Virus record (IMG/VR): IMGVR_UViG_3300042866_001374
DNA length: 64,000 nucleotides
Origin: an uncultured virus (IMG/VR IMGVR_UViG_3300042866_001374)
Lineage: Duplodnaviria; Heunggongvirae; Uroviricota; Caudoviricetes
Strand: one strand, 5' to 3'
Part shown: piece after piece, positions 1-8,531 of the stretch
Position numbering within the stretch: the first letter of the stretch is position 1
Layout: each line of letters begins with the position of its first letter
Notes under the pieces: generated by a model
What the model was told of the DNA's origin: nothing
The model's database searches: none
Seen by the model: the letters and a program-made list of their open reading frames with translations, nothing else
Translations under genes and position numbers: made by a program

Positions 1-163
1 ACGCATCAGTTGTCCTGCTCTCTGGGGTATCGATACCAGCAAGACGAATTCGCTTAGTAAGGGAGATATCAAAACCCAAATCAATGTCAGCGTCAATAGT
101 GTCGCCATCTACTACCTTGTGAACTGAACGTATTCTATAGACGTAAGGATCTTTGTCAGCCAT
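1..163 (-). CDS. Thermonuclease (SNase-like) family protein, 5' part; runs off the window
   Basis: Manual translation MADKDPYVYRIRSVHKVVDGDTIDADIDLGFDISLTKRIRLAGIDTPESRT contains the VVDGDT and RLAGIDTPE SNase motifs. Confidence 0.8.
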   Translation of the reverse strand, partial: MADKDPYVYRIRSVHKVVDGDTIDADIDLGFDISLTKRIRLAGIDTPESRTTDA

Positions 164-375
164 TAGAATGGTAATTTAAACTTCTCAGTATTTAGTTTGG
201 GAATAGGTAGTTTTTCAAATGCCTTATTAACCTGCTTCTCTACAACGGCACCAACAAACTCTTCTGGGTTGTTAAGAATCTTCTGTGCTTTCTGATAAGT
301 TACATAAGCACCATAACAAAGTGCTCCACTAATCGCTAGACTTGTCGCTGACAGAATGATCGCTAGGTTCTTCAT
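163..375 (-). CDS. Hypothetical membrane-anchored protein
   Basis: 70 aa ORF, N-terminal hydrophobic helix, stop overlaps next start (TAATG). Confidence 0.7.
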   Translation of the reverse strand: MKNLAIILSATSLAISGALCYGAYVTYQKAQKILNNPEEFVGAVVEKQVNKAFEKLPIPKLNTEKFKLPF

Positions 376-481
376 CTTTCATTTCCTCAAATGCTAACCT
401 TAATATGTAGTAAATGATATATGCAGTAAAGGCAAGTCCGCAGGATAATAATATTACAACACCCCAAGGAAACTCACTCAT
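329..481 (-). CDS. Small membrane protein
   Basis: Manual translation MSEFPWGVVILLSCGLAFTAYIIYYILRLAFEEMKDEEP... (50 aa), one TM segment, fills the gap between genes. Confidence 0.5.
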   Translation of the reverse strand: MSEFPWGVVILLSCGLAFTAYIIYYILRLAFEEMKDEEPSDHSVSDKSSD

Positions 482-486
482 AATAA

Positions 487-2088
487 TTACCTACTAATCT
501 CTTCCCAGTCCATAGACCCGTGAATATCTGCACCATTAGAATTGGAAGAAGCAACGAGAGAAAGTTCATAAGGTGTTCCTGTTAATGCATCCCTTTCCAA
601 CTGAAACTTAAATAATGCCTCTTTAAGAATATCAACTGGTGTTGAACCTTGATTAGACCCGTACAAATATCCAGATGCTAATATTCTTCCACCAGTATAA
701 GTTCCACCATCAATTTTATATTCCACAGAACTATCAATACCAGCATCGACCCAAGTTCCACCAACAGATGTTCCTGTTGCTCTTACTTGCCAGTTATAAA
801 CTGCATTGTTTGTAATACCAAGAATTGAAAGTGCAGTCATAATTACAATTGCATCCAATCTATTTGGCGTTGCTTTAAGACGAATTGATAAAACAGTATA
901 ATAAGTTCCTGCAGTTGTTAAATCAACTGGTGTTTGAACAGGTGTTCCTGCTGCTTGCTGCAATCCACGAAGTTCATAACCACCCTCTGAAATTACAGTA
1001 GAACAAACTTGTTTTAATGTGCTCGCACTCGTTGTAATTCCAGTATTTGCAATCTCATATCTCAAAGGTAATGATGCTGTTGTGATATAAGTTGTATTGA
1101 TAAGATTTGCGTGATGGAATGAGTGGCAGTGAATAAACTTACCATCAACTACAAATCCTAGTCTTACCGTTCCAAGTCCCAACCATTCAATATCCATCCA
1201 CATAATTTGTGCTTTGCTGATATCTAATGTGACACCAGATGGATTGAGATGCCCAGGACCAAGCATCGTATCAACATTCCAACTTGCTTGTGATACTCTT
1301 GTTTCTGTTGTAATTCCTGGAACATATGTTCTTTCTACAAAATATAAATTACTTCCATCAAGTTCTAAATACATCCCATTATCTGCACCAAAGTATCCTA
1401 CTCTTTGACGAAGATTTGATTTTGTTGGATTCATTACAAACGTATTCAATACCTGTAATGATTTTCCTGGTTGATAAGAGAATACTTTTGTAGTTTCTCT
1501 GATGATTGATGCGGTGCTTCCAACACCAACAGTCATATTAATCAAACCTTGTGCTGTCGAAAATCCAACTGTTGAACCAGTACCAACAACTAAACCACTC
1601 CAAAGATTATTGTCTCTATATCTGTGAGATGAATCAAAGAGAGTGAGTGGAGTAGACATCCTCTGCCTACCAAATGCATCTGTTGCTATTGGTGGTAATT
1701 CGATATCAACAGTTCCTGTAACTGGAAATGGATTTGTGGTGCTGACTGGTGAATTATTGAGGTTAATTGATACTTGTCCAGTGGTTCCAATACCTACAGT
1801 ATTCAGTAATGTAGAAATACCGACTGGAAGATATGGTGTTGTTAATGCACCACTGGTTCCAACTTCAACTATATGGGAATGAATTGGATTTTCTGGTGTA
1901 CTTGTAACAGTTACTATTCCAGGAATACTAATATCACCATTAATTGTAATACTAGAACTTCCAAGAGATACTGGAAATGGATTGTCAACACTAACTGGTT
2001 GACCATCTTTAGTTGCAATATTATTAACTTCAAATAAAGATCTTTCTTGATTTAAATAATCTTGATTTTGTATATTCCACTGTGCCAT
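487..2088 (-). CDS. Putative virion structural protein (beta-rich)
   Basis: 533 aa, Thr/Gly/Val-rich, repeated NPFPV motifs, DAFGRQR motif of the kind seen in phage structural proteins. Confidence 0.55.
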   Translation of the reverse strand: MAQWNIQNQDYLNQERSLFEVNNIATKDGQPVSVDNPFPVSLGSSSITINGDISIPGIVTVTSTPENPIHSHIVEVGTSGALTTPYLPVGISTLLNTVGIGTTGQVSINLNNSPVSTTNPFPVTGTVDIELPPIATDAFGRQRMSTPLTLFDSSHRYRDNNLWSGLVVGTGSTVGFSTAQGLINMTVGVGSTASIIRETTKVFSYQPGKSLQVLNTFVMNPTKSNLRQRVGYFGADNGMYLELDGSNLYFVERTYVPGITTETRVSQASWNVDTMLGPGHLNPSGVTLDISKAQIMWMDIEWLGLGTVRLGFVVDGKFIHCHSFHHANLINTTYITTASLPLRYEIANTGITTSASTLKQVCSTVISEGGYELRGLQQAAGTPVQTPVDLTTAGTYYTVLSIRLKATPNRLDAIVIMTALSILGITNNAVYNWQVRATGTSVGGTWVDAGIDSSVEYKIDGGTYTGGRILASGYLYGSNQGSTPVDILKEALFKFQLERDALTGTPYELSLVASSNSNGADIHGSMDWEEISR

Positions 2089-2091
2089 AAA

Positions 2092-2412
2092 TCAATCAAT
2101 CCATTCTAATTTTGAGGGGTGGTATCTTTTTGTATTTTTAATATTGAAGTTTTTTTCTTCTGCTGGATAAATTTGATGAACTACAGCACCTGGATATTCA
2201 CCTTGAAGTTGTTCTCCCAAATCCCTCTTTGAAGGAATTCCATTTTTGGAGACTAAATCAAGTCTATAAAGATTACCCTTCCACATAATATCCGCAGAGT
2301 ATTCTTCCCCAACTTGTTGTGTTTGTGGTTCTGAATTATTAATATAAAGATTGCCGTTAAAATCTCCAGCAATCGTTACACTTTCTGACAAAAATTGTTT
2401 GAAAGATTTCAT
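2092..2412 (-). CDS. Hypothetical protein with capsid-targeting-like N-terminus
   Basis: ATG start MKSFKQFLSE. Confidence 0.7.
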   Translation of the reverse strand: MKSFKQFLSESVTIAGDFNGNLYINNSEPQTQQVGEEYSADIMWKGNLYRLDLVSKNGIPSKRDLGEQLQGEYPGAVVHQIYPAEEKNFNIKNTKRYHPSKLEWID

Positions 2413-2436
2413 CTGAAACAATCCATTATATTATAT

Positions 2437-3183
2437 TTAGTATTTACCCTCCACACAGTAATCTGACTTTTTATTTGGTGTATATTCCTTATAACCTTCT
2501 TGTGGATTCATCCATCCACAACCAATCAACCACTCCATCGTCATTGGAGTAGGTCTTACCTGTTCCCACAGTGGTCCTTTAGCACACATCTCCAAGTATT
2601 TGGCAGTTTGATTTAATTGTTCTTCTGCCCAGTTGGCATCTGCTTCCCAAGGAACAGCACGACTTTGACCCATAGATTCATAAGCAAGTTTAGTCGTCTT
2701 CATCACCCAAGCAGGAATCTCAGAATCTTGATGAACTTGTGCCATAAAAGATGTTTTCAATCCACCACCCATACAATCCTGAACAGTGTGCCATCCTTCA
2801 TGTCTTAGAGTTCCCAGAAACTCTCTAGGGTCTTGAATAAGACTTTCGTTAATGAAGAAACGATTATATTCTGGTTTATATAAACCTATCGTTCTTGGTG
2901 TAAAGTATCTACTAGGACCAACATAAACTGGGACATCCAATTTGTTGAGTGCTACTAGAATAGATTTGATTTCGGATCGAAAGGTATCAAACTCTTTACC
3001 AGATAAAAATGCAGATTCTGGTGTAAGTTGTTCGACTCCTTCTGTACATTCTCTGAGTATCATACAACCCATCGCTGCAAGGCTGTATGCTGGAACTGTT
3101 GGTTGTTTCTTTTCTAATGAACTAGCAAATGCGGGAAATGCCAGAGTTAATGATAAACCAAATGCTGCAAAGAGTTTCTTCAT
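2437..3183 (-). CDS. Secreted putative zinc metallopeptidase-like protein
   Basis: Signal peptide (…PAFA) and HEGWH (HExxH) motif. Confidence 0.55.
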   Translation of the reverse strand: MKKLFAAFGLSLTLAFPAFASSLEKKQPTVPAYSLAAMGCMILRECTEGVEQLTPESAFLSGKEFDTFRSEIKSILVALNKLDVPVYVGPSRYFTPRTIGLYKPEYNRFFINESLIQDPREFLGTLRHEGWHTVQDCMGGGLKTSFMAQVHQDSEIPAWVMKTTKLAYESMGQSRAVPWEADANWAEEQLNQTAKYLEMCAKGPLWEQVRPTPMTMEWLIGCGWMNPQEGYKEYTPNKKSDYCVEGKY

Positions 3184-3374
3184 TCTCTTCCCTCTTGTTT
3201 ATGTATCCAGACCTTCAAATCTTTTACATATTTTCTTAATATTTCTGCTTGTGATAAGTGCCAGTCATCTCCCGATTTAATATATGCCTTGATGTGTTCA
3301 TCGACAGCATCAAGGCACTTTTTAATTACAGGATTCCAGGGTTCCCGAATTGGAGTATTCCATTCGCGTGGCAT
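3180..3374 (-). CDS. Hypothetical protein
   Basis: 64 aa ORF with 4-bp overlap to the next gene. Confidence 0.7.
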   Translation of the reverse strand: MPREWNTPIREPWNPVIKKCLDAVDEHIKAYIKSGDDWHLSQAEILRKYVKDLKVWIHKQEGRE

Positions 3375-3387
3375 AATACCTCATAAA

Positions 3388-3501
3388 TCATTTTTTCTTA
3401 CCACCATTCTTTGCCTTTTTAGCAGTAGCATTACCCTGGTTCTGCTTGGATTGTTTTCCTCCAGCAGAACCTTTCTTACCTTTATTAGCAGACTTGGACA
3501 T
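3388..3501 (-). CDS. Small Lys/Gly-rich basic peptide
   Basis: Manual translation MSKSANKGKKGSAGGKQSKQNQGNATAKKAKNGGKKK; start overlaps upstream stop (TAATG). Confidence 0.55.
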   Translation of the reverse strand: MSKSANKGKKGSAGGKQSKQNQGNATAKKAKNGGKKK

Positions 3502-3842
3502 TATGCTCCTGTGCGGGGTTGAACGTAACCTTCACCATCTTCCACCTTAGTTTCAAGTGCTTCAACTCTTGCTTCAAGAGTTTCTGGTGCTTCTGGTTCT
3601 GGTGGAGCAGCAGCAACTACTTCTTCCCTACGTGGTTCCTCTTTTTGGTCATCATCATCTCCACCTTTCTTCATGGTGTTAATTCCAAAGGTTGCAGCGG
3701 AGGCAGTAAAAACGGTTGCGATAAAAGTTGGATCCATTTTAGCAAGAAGCCCAGCATACGATGCTGTCAGAAGTGCGGCAGACCAACTCAAAATCGAAAT
3801 ACGAATCAATTGTCCCATAGCGTTTTCCTTTTTCTTTTCCAT
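3501..3842 (-). CDS. Hypothetical two-TM membrane protein
   Basis: Two hydrophobic segments then an acidic tail; TAAATA motif just upstream. Confidence 0.7.
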   Translation of the reverse strand: MEKKKENAMGQLIRISILSWSAALLTASYAGLLAKMDPTFIATVFTASAATFGINTMKKGGDDDDQKEEPRREEVVAAAPPEPEAPETLEARVEALETKVEDGEGYVQPRTGA

Positions 3843-3878
3843 CAGTCCTGATGATTGATGTACTTCTTATTTAGGTTT

Positions 3879-6209
3879 TTAGAACTTAAACTTGACTTTT
3901 GCAGCAACAGAATTGTTAGTAACTCCATTGTTTACACCATGAGAACCTTCAACAAATAATATTTCTTTATAATCCAGAGAAGCACTTACACCATAAGAAC
4001 TATCAGTTCCATAAGCACCTTCTACACTGACACCAAATAAATCTTTCTTCTTGCCACCAAAACGAGTTTCTAATTTAAGTCCTGCTTCACCAACATGTGT
4101 TGTTTGATTGTGACCATCAACACTTCTAGCAGACTGAATGGAACCAGTTTCATTATATGCATTTCTCTTTACATTTTGAACAGTATAACCAATAAATGGT
4201 TTTACTGCTTTATTAAGATGCCAATATAATCGATTAGAAACCCACCACTCAGTTCCAGTTGTTTCACCAGCATTATTAAAGACACCTTCTACATTTCTAT
4301 TGTACTTATAATTGCTGTTCGCAATCGCAGCATTGGTATTCAGAGTCAGTGTATTACCTCTGAGTTCACTGAATATACCGAAATGGTCTTTGTTCTGTTG
4401 TGTGCTTGAGTCAACGCCATTGAGGTTTGTGTTAACTCTATTATACTGAGCACCAAGAGTCCAACCTTTGGTTACATCAAACTCAAACCCACCACCGAAG
4501 ATTTTAGAATCAGCATTATAACCATCAGCATTATAAGACTGAACAAATCTGTTATTCTCAAATACTCTTAATCTTTGATTACCTGCGGTTGGTTCATGAT
4601 TCAAAAGTCCATTAATACCATCATTAATTCCATCAAGAACTTCTAACTGATCCACTCTACCAAAGTAAAAATCATAAGAATCTGATACTGCAACATCATT
4701 AGAATAAGCATAAGAATATGATGGAGTTCCGTCAATTACGGTTGTTGTTCCATCAGCATAAACAGTTGTGGTAACTGGAGTTGTAGTTGTGGTAGTAACC
4801 ATTGGAGTGGTTACAGTTGTCACCGTTTGTTTTTTGATTTGTTGTTTTCCACTAGATTCACTTGCTTCAAAATTATATACTTTGGTTGTAACTGCTGGAA
4901 GTGTTTGAGAAGCGGCAATCGCAGAAGAAACGGAAGGAGCAATCGTTGATGTATAGTTTAGAACTGTTGCCGTTACTTGCGATGTAGAAGGTCCATTAGA
5001 CGTTGAACTAGTTACAACTGGCGTTCCATTTGATGTGGTTGTAGAACCATCAGAATATGTGGTGGTTGTAACTGGAGTTGTAGTTGTGGTAGTTGTAGTA
5101 ACTGGAGTTGTAGTTTCTACAGTATCAGTATAGTTCTGAACTACTCCATATCCATTACCGTCAAGATTGCTTACATTATAAGTAACCTGAGCTGTTACTA
5201 CAACATTTGAAGTTGATGAAGATGTTGATACCTGATCTGTTGTAGATGTTCCAGTTACTGTTGGAGCAGGTGGTGGTGTTGGAGTTGGAGTTGGAGGTGT
5301 GGGTGGGGTTGGATTTACTGTGGGAGCATTTGGATTGTTGGGAGCAACAGCACCAAATGGTTGTCCATTTGCTAATGTAGTTCCTGGTTGACTATCAACT
5401 AAAAGAACTGGTGAAAGTGAAGTATCTCCAAGATTAAATACTGCAAATCCTAATAGGTAAGCACCAGTTACATCAACTTGATATGTTGAATTTTGCCATC
5501 CAGTAGAACCATAGGTTCCTGTTGAGTAATCTCCTGTTCCTGGATTGGTAAATCCAAGTAGAGCATAGTTCTGAACATAGTTATTGACAGTTACGACTGG
5601 AGTAGAACCAGTTCCCTGATAAACAAGAGATGTGATAGAACCATCGTTAAATGGAACATAATCAGTTCCAATGTAGTTCCAAGACATCGTGTAAGTAGTT
5701 CCAGCATCAAGATTTACATTTTGAGTTATCCAAGCAGCATTAGTTGGATTGGGATTTCCTAGTCCCGATGCTTGTTGGTCTTGCTGAAGTTTTGTTTTGA
5801 TTGCTTGATTTTCTGCAGATGTAAGACCTAATGCAGAAGTTGCTGCATCAAATGTTGTTGAACCTGTTGGTTGTAATGCAGCACCAGCAGTTCCATATGG
5901 AGAGAATGTCCAAGTTGTTGGTGTTGTTGCTGGGGCATGATATGGATTTGGCGATCCATCTTGAAGAGTAGGACTTCCTACCGCGCCATGAGAAGGAGCA
6001 TTAAATGTTACTGAACCATTGATTGCGGTGACACCAGTTCCGTTACCAGTGATTGTTCCATTTGTTAGATTTCCTGGTTGAGATCCAACATTCCATCCAG
6101 ATAGTGTTCCCCCCTCAAAATCTGTACCAGAAATCGTATCCGCAAATGCGGTTGGTGCTCCCATTAAAAGAGCAGACGCTACAGCAAGCGCCTTCTTAGC
6201 GTAAGACAT
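3879..6209 (-). CDS. Autotransporter-like outer-membrane protein with Pro/Thr-rich stalk
   Basis: Signal peptide (…PTAFA/D), Pro/Thr-rich linker, amphipathic beta-strand C-terminal region ending in KVKFKF (terminal Phe). Confidence 0.7.
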   Translation of the reverse strand: MSYAKKALAVASALLMGAPTAFADTISGTDFEGGTLSGWNVGSQPGNLTNGTITGNGTGVTAINGSVTFNAPSHGAVGSPTLQDGSPNPYHAPATTPTTWTFSPYGTAGAALQPTGSTTFDAATSALGLTSAENQAIKTKLQQDQQASGLGNPNPTNAAWITQNVNLDAGTTYTMSWNYIGTDYVPFNDGSITSLVYQGTGSTPVVTVNNYVQNYALLGFTNPGTGDYSTGTYGSTGWQNSTYQVDVTGAYLLGFAVFNLGDTSLSPVLLVDSQPGTTLANGQPFGAVAPNNPNAPTVNPTPPTPPTPTPTPPPAPTVTGTSTTDQVSTSSSTSNVVVTAQVTYNVSNLDGNGYGVVQNYTDTVETTTPVTTTTTTTTPVTTTTYSDGSTTTSNGTPVVTSSTSNGPSTSQVTATVLNYTSTIAPSVSSAIAASQTLPAVTTKVYNFEASESSGKQQIKKQTVTTVTTPMVTTTTTTPVTTTVYADGTTTVIDGTPSYSYAYSNDVAVSDSYDFYFGRVDQLEVLDGINDGINGLLNHEPTAGNQRLRVFENNRFVQSYNADGYNADSKIFGGGFEFDVTKGWTLGAQYNRVNTNLNGVDSSTQQNKDHFGIFSELRGNTLTLNTNAAIANSNYKYNRNVEGVFNNAGETTGTEWWVSNRLYWHLNKAVKPFIGYTVQNVKRNAYNETGSIQSARSVDGHNQTTHVGEAGLKLETRFGGKKKDLFGVSVEGAYGTDSSYGVSASLDYKEILFVEGSHGVNNGVTNNSVAAKVKFKF
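4738..5115 (-). repeat. Two internal Thr-rich repeats in the outer-membrane protein gene
   Basis: TTPVTTTTTTTTPVTTTTYSDGSTTTSNGTP vs TTPMVTTTTTTPVTTTVYADGTTTVIDGTP; DNA gtaactggagttgtagt repeated. Confidence 0.75.
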
Positions 6210-6213
6210 AAAA

Positions 6214-6295
6214 AGTCCTCTATGACTCAGTGTGTACTAAACGAAACAAACTAAAGTTGTTTAAAAGTAAAGTATTCACCAAGTCTCAGAGGACT
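6214..6295 (-). promoter_or_regulatory. Long imperfect 5'-UTR hairpin sequestering the ribosome binding site
   Basis: AGTCCTCT (6214-6221) pairs with AGAGGACT (6288-6295); further pairs GACT/AGTC, GTG/CAC, TACT/AGTA, AAACAA/TTGTTT. Confidence 0.6.
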
Positions 6296-6351
6296 CGGGG
6301 TATGTAGATTCAGACCAGTTAAGATCAAGAATCAGTTATGATTGTAACTAT

Positions 6352-7020
6352 TTATCCTTTTTTCCAAGCTTCACCTTCTGCCTTTCTTCTACGTGCTAAA
6401 CCTGCTTCCACATTAGAACCAGGATTGCGGTAGAGATAAAGAGCATCGGGAACTAAGTCCCACTCCTTATTCTTCAGGCGTTTAGTAATAGTATTAAAGT
6501 TATCACCACCGTAGAAACCAGCGCCGAGATTATAAGCAAAGCTGAGAAGAGCGCCTCTTTTTCCATCTGACATTTCCCCCCAATGTGGAATTTTACGAAG
6601 TGCAGGAAGAAACTGGTTCTTGCACTGACTAATCAATAGTTCATCAGCTTCCTGTTGTGTGATTGCATCACCCATCTTAAATGGGGAACCATCTTTCTTA
6701 CGAGTTGAACCCCATCCGATTGTGATTGGAAGTCCACCAGATAAGGGGTCTGGATATGCCTTTAGATGGCATCCTTCAAACTCTTTAATCAACTTGATGC
6801 CCATTTGTGGGACATCATCACCACCAGTTACAGGAGCTGCAGCAGCGGCAGGGTCTGGTGCAGCACTAGTCTTTTTTCCACGATAAATCTCTGCCCAATC
6901 TACATTGTCCTCAAGGAACTTAACTGGGAGATTATCTTCTAACCACTGAACTGCTTTAACATGGTTAGGATTCTTCTCGTCATAAAACTTGAAGAAGTTG
7001 TGTAAATCAATCCTTGCCAT
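6352..7020 (-). CDS. Phage lysozyme (GH24) endolysin with N-terminal extra domain
   Basis: IKEFEGCHLKAYPDP..TIGWG (E-D-T triad), LLSFAYNLG, GLARRRKAE. Confidence 0.9.
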   Translation of the reverse strand: MARIDLHNFFKFYDEKNPNHVKAVQWLEDNLPVKFLEDNVDWAEIYRGKKTSAAPDPAAAAAPVTGGDDVPQMGIKLIKEFEGCHLKAYPDPLSGGLPITIGWGSTRKKDGSPFKMGDAITQQEADELLISQCKNQFLPALRKIPHWGEMSDGKRGALLSFAYNLGAGFYGGDNFNTITKRLKNKEWDLVPDALYLYRNPGSNVEAGLARRRKAEGEAWKKG

Positions 7021-7127
7021 TTGGTCCTCCTACATTTGGAAAATAAATTTGAAACAATTCGTCTGCTTCTTTATGTCGTCCTTGGTTTGTGAGTTTTTTC
7101 ACTTCTTCCAGAATTTTTTTCTTAAAC

Positions 7128-7799
7128 TCAGTCGAAGATCCTTCCCCACCCATCATTACCTCCTGGGCACCAACGATGCTTGAGAACTGCTTTAGTGTAA
7201 ATGGTCTTCTTACCATTTGTCACAGGACCAGTATAGTTATCGTTGAGGGAACCATATGGGTCATTAACAAAATATCCTTTACCATCTGGAGTCTTACCGA
7301 TGACTACACACATGTGTCCACCAGTAGGATTAGATAAAGAACCGCGATGCAGGATACCAATAACAACAGGTTTTCCAGCATCAAGACTCTTATCAATGTC
7401 AGCAAAGGAAAGATTGTAACTAAAGTGGGACTTAATACCATAACCTGCGAGGACTTTTGTCTGTACCGCATGGTCAGTCGTGTCGCCAATCGCAAATACC
7501 TTTTTAACGTACTCATCGTCGCCTTTGATACTTCCTGGCTTGAGGAAGGCAAGGCACATAGCGCACGATGAACTGTTACAAGTTCTATGTGCATCTCTGT
7601 AGTTATCTACTTGATTAAAATATGGAACATCAAGTACTGCTGGAGTTGGTGGTTTAGTTCTGAAGATGCCAATCCAATCAGTCTCTGAATCATCTAGGAA
7701 TTGAGCAGGTAGGTTATCCTCTAACCACTGCACTGCTGCTACATGATTCGCATTACCATCATCATAAAACTTAAAAAAGTTATGAAGATCTAGAGTCAT
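7128..7799 (-). CDS. C39-like cysteine peptidase with the same N-terminal domain as the lysozyme
   Basis: VPYFNQ..TCNSSSCAM, GGHMCVVIG, VNDPYG (Cys-His-Asp). Confidence 0.8.
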   Translation of the reverse strand: MTLDLHNFFKFYDDGNANHVAAVQWLEDNLPAQFLDDSETDWIGIFRTKPPTPAVLDVPYFNQVDNYRDAHRTCNSSSCAMCLAFLKPGSIKGDDEYVKKVFAIGDTTDHAVQTKVLAGYGIKSHFSYNLSFADIDKSLDAGKPVVIGILHRGSLSNPTGGHMCVVIGKTPDGKGYFVNDPYGSLNDNYTGPVTNGKKTIYTKAVLKHRWCPGGNDGWGRIFD

Positions 7800-7823
7800 G
7801 GATTATCTCTATAAACACTAACG

Positions 7824-7831
7824 TATTTATA
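7824..7831 (-). promoter_or_regulatory. T4-type late promoter TATAAATA
   Basis: Exact consensus about 25 nt upstream of the peptidase start. Confidence 0.75.
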
Positions 7832-7849
7832 TTTTAGTGTTTGTAAAGA

Positions 7850-8050
7850 TTAATACCGTTCAATTGACATAATTTCAATATCTTCTATTCCTAACGTTTC
7901 CGAATCAATCCATTCTTCAAATTCACCAGCAATTGCCATAGCATCTTTAAATTGATTCTCTGTGGGTTTGGTTTTTGTCATTGATTCGATTCGGTCCATT
8001 GCCCAATGATAAACATGACCAACAATTTCTTCAGTCGTCGCTTCTACCAT
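7850..8050 (-). CDS. Hypothetical protein
   Basis: Probable start MVEATTEE at 8050, overlapping the end of the endonuclease gene. Confidence 0.6.
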   Translation of the reverse strand: MVEATTEEIVGHVYHWAMDRIESMTKTKPTENQFKDAMAIAGEFEEWIDSETLGIEDIEIMSIERY

Positions 8051-8468
8051 AATAATCTTTTCTGTAGTATCTGCTGAGGATGTTGCTATTGTAGTAGGCA
8101 GGGGTTCCGTCGTCAAGTCCTTCTGTGAGGACATTATTAAAGAAGAGTTGTCTTGTTTCTTCAAAGTTAGTTTTGCCCTTTGTTTTATGTAATGAGATAA
8201 TAGTGCGCGTAAAATTCTCCCTACCATACTTTTTCACATCCTCCTTGAGTTCTGGGCACGATCCATAATAGCACTTCCAGTCAGATTCTGCCTTAACTTT
8301 TCTAGATTTTCCTCTTGGTGTGCGGAAACTCCAGAAATACTTTCTACCAATATACTTGCGACCAGTCTGACTGCAATCAATACGATATACAAAACCAAAA
8401 TAATCTTGAATATCACTTGAATCAAATTCCTTTCCATTGTAGATCCAAGGATTCTCATAGTCAACCAT
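8031..8468 (-). CDS. denA: GIY-YIG endonuclease, T4 endonuclease II-like
   Basis: GFVYRI…KYIGRK, YYGS and YYNSNI motifs. Confidence 0.8.
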   Translation of the reverse strand: MVDYENPWIYNGKEFDSSDIQDYFGFVYRIDCSQTGRKYIGRKYFWSFRTPRGKSRKVKAESDWKCYYGSCPELKEDVKKYGRENFTRTIISLHKTKGKTNFEETRQLFFNNVLTEGLDDGTPAYYNSNILSRYYRKDYYGRSDD

Positions 8469-8497
8469 TGAGACATTACCTTTTTTGGTATTTAGAT

Positions 8498-8527
8498 AAA
8501 AAAAAGACCCCTCATGAGAGGGGTCTT
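8498..8527 (-). terminator. Rho-independent terminator
   Basis: AAGACCCCTC-loop-GAGGGGTCTT followed by a T run on the minus strand. Confidence 0.8.
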
Positions 8528-8531
8528 AAAC

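Noticed and set aside
7007..7216. Small ORF between the peptidase and lysozyme genes
   Set aside because: It may be real, but it lacks a clear start outside the peptidase gene, so it was not listed as a feature
8031..8468. Mobile homing endonuclease
   Set aside because: Short single-domain GIY-YIG protein without DNA-binding repeats; fits endonuclease II-like core gene better
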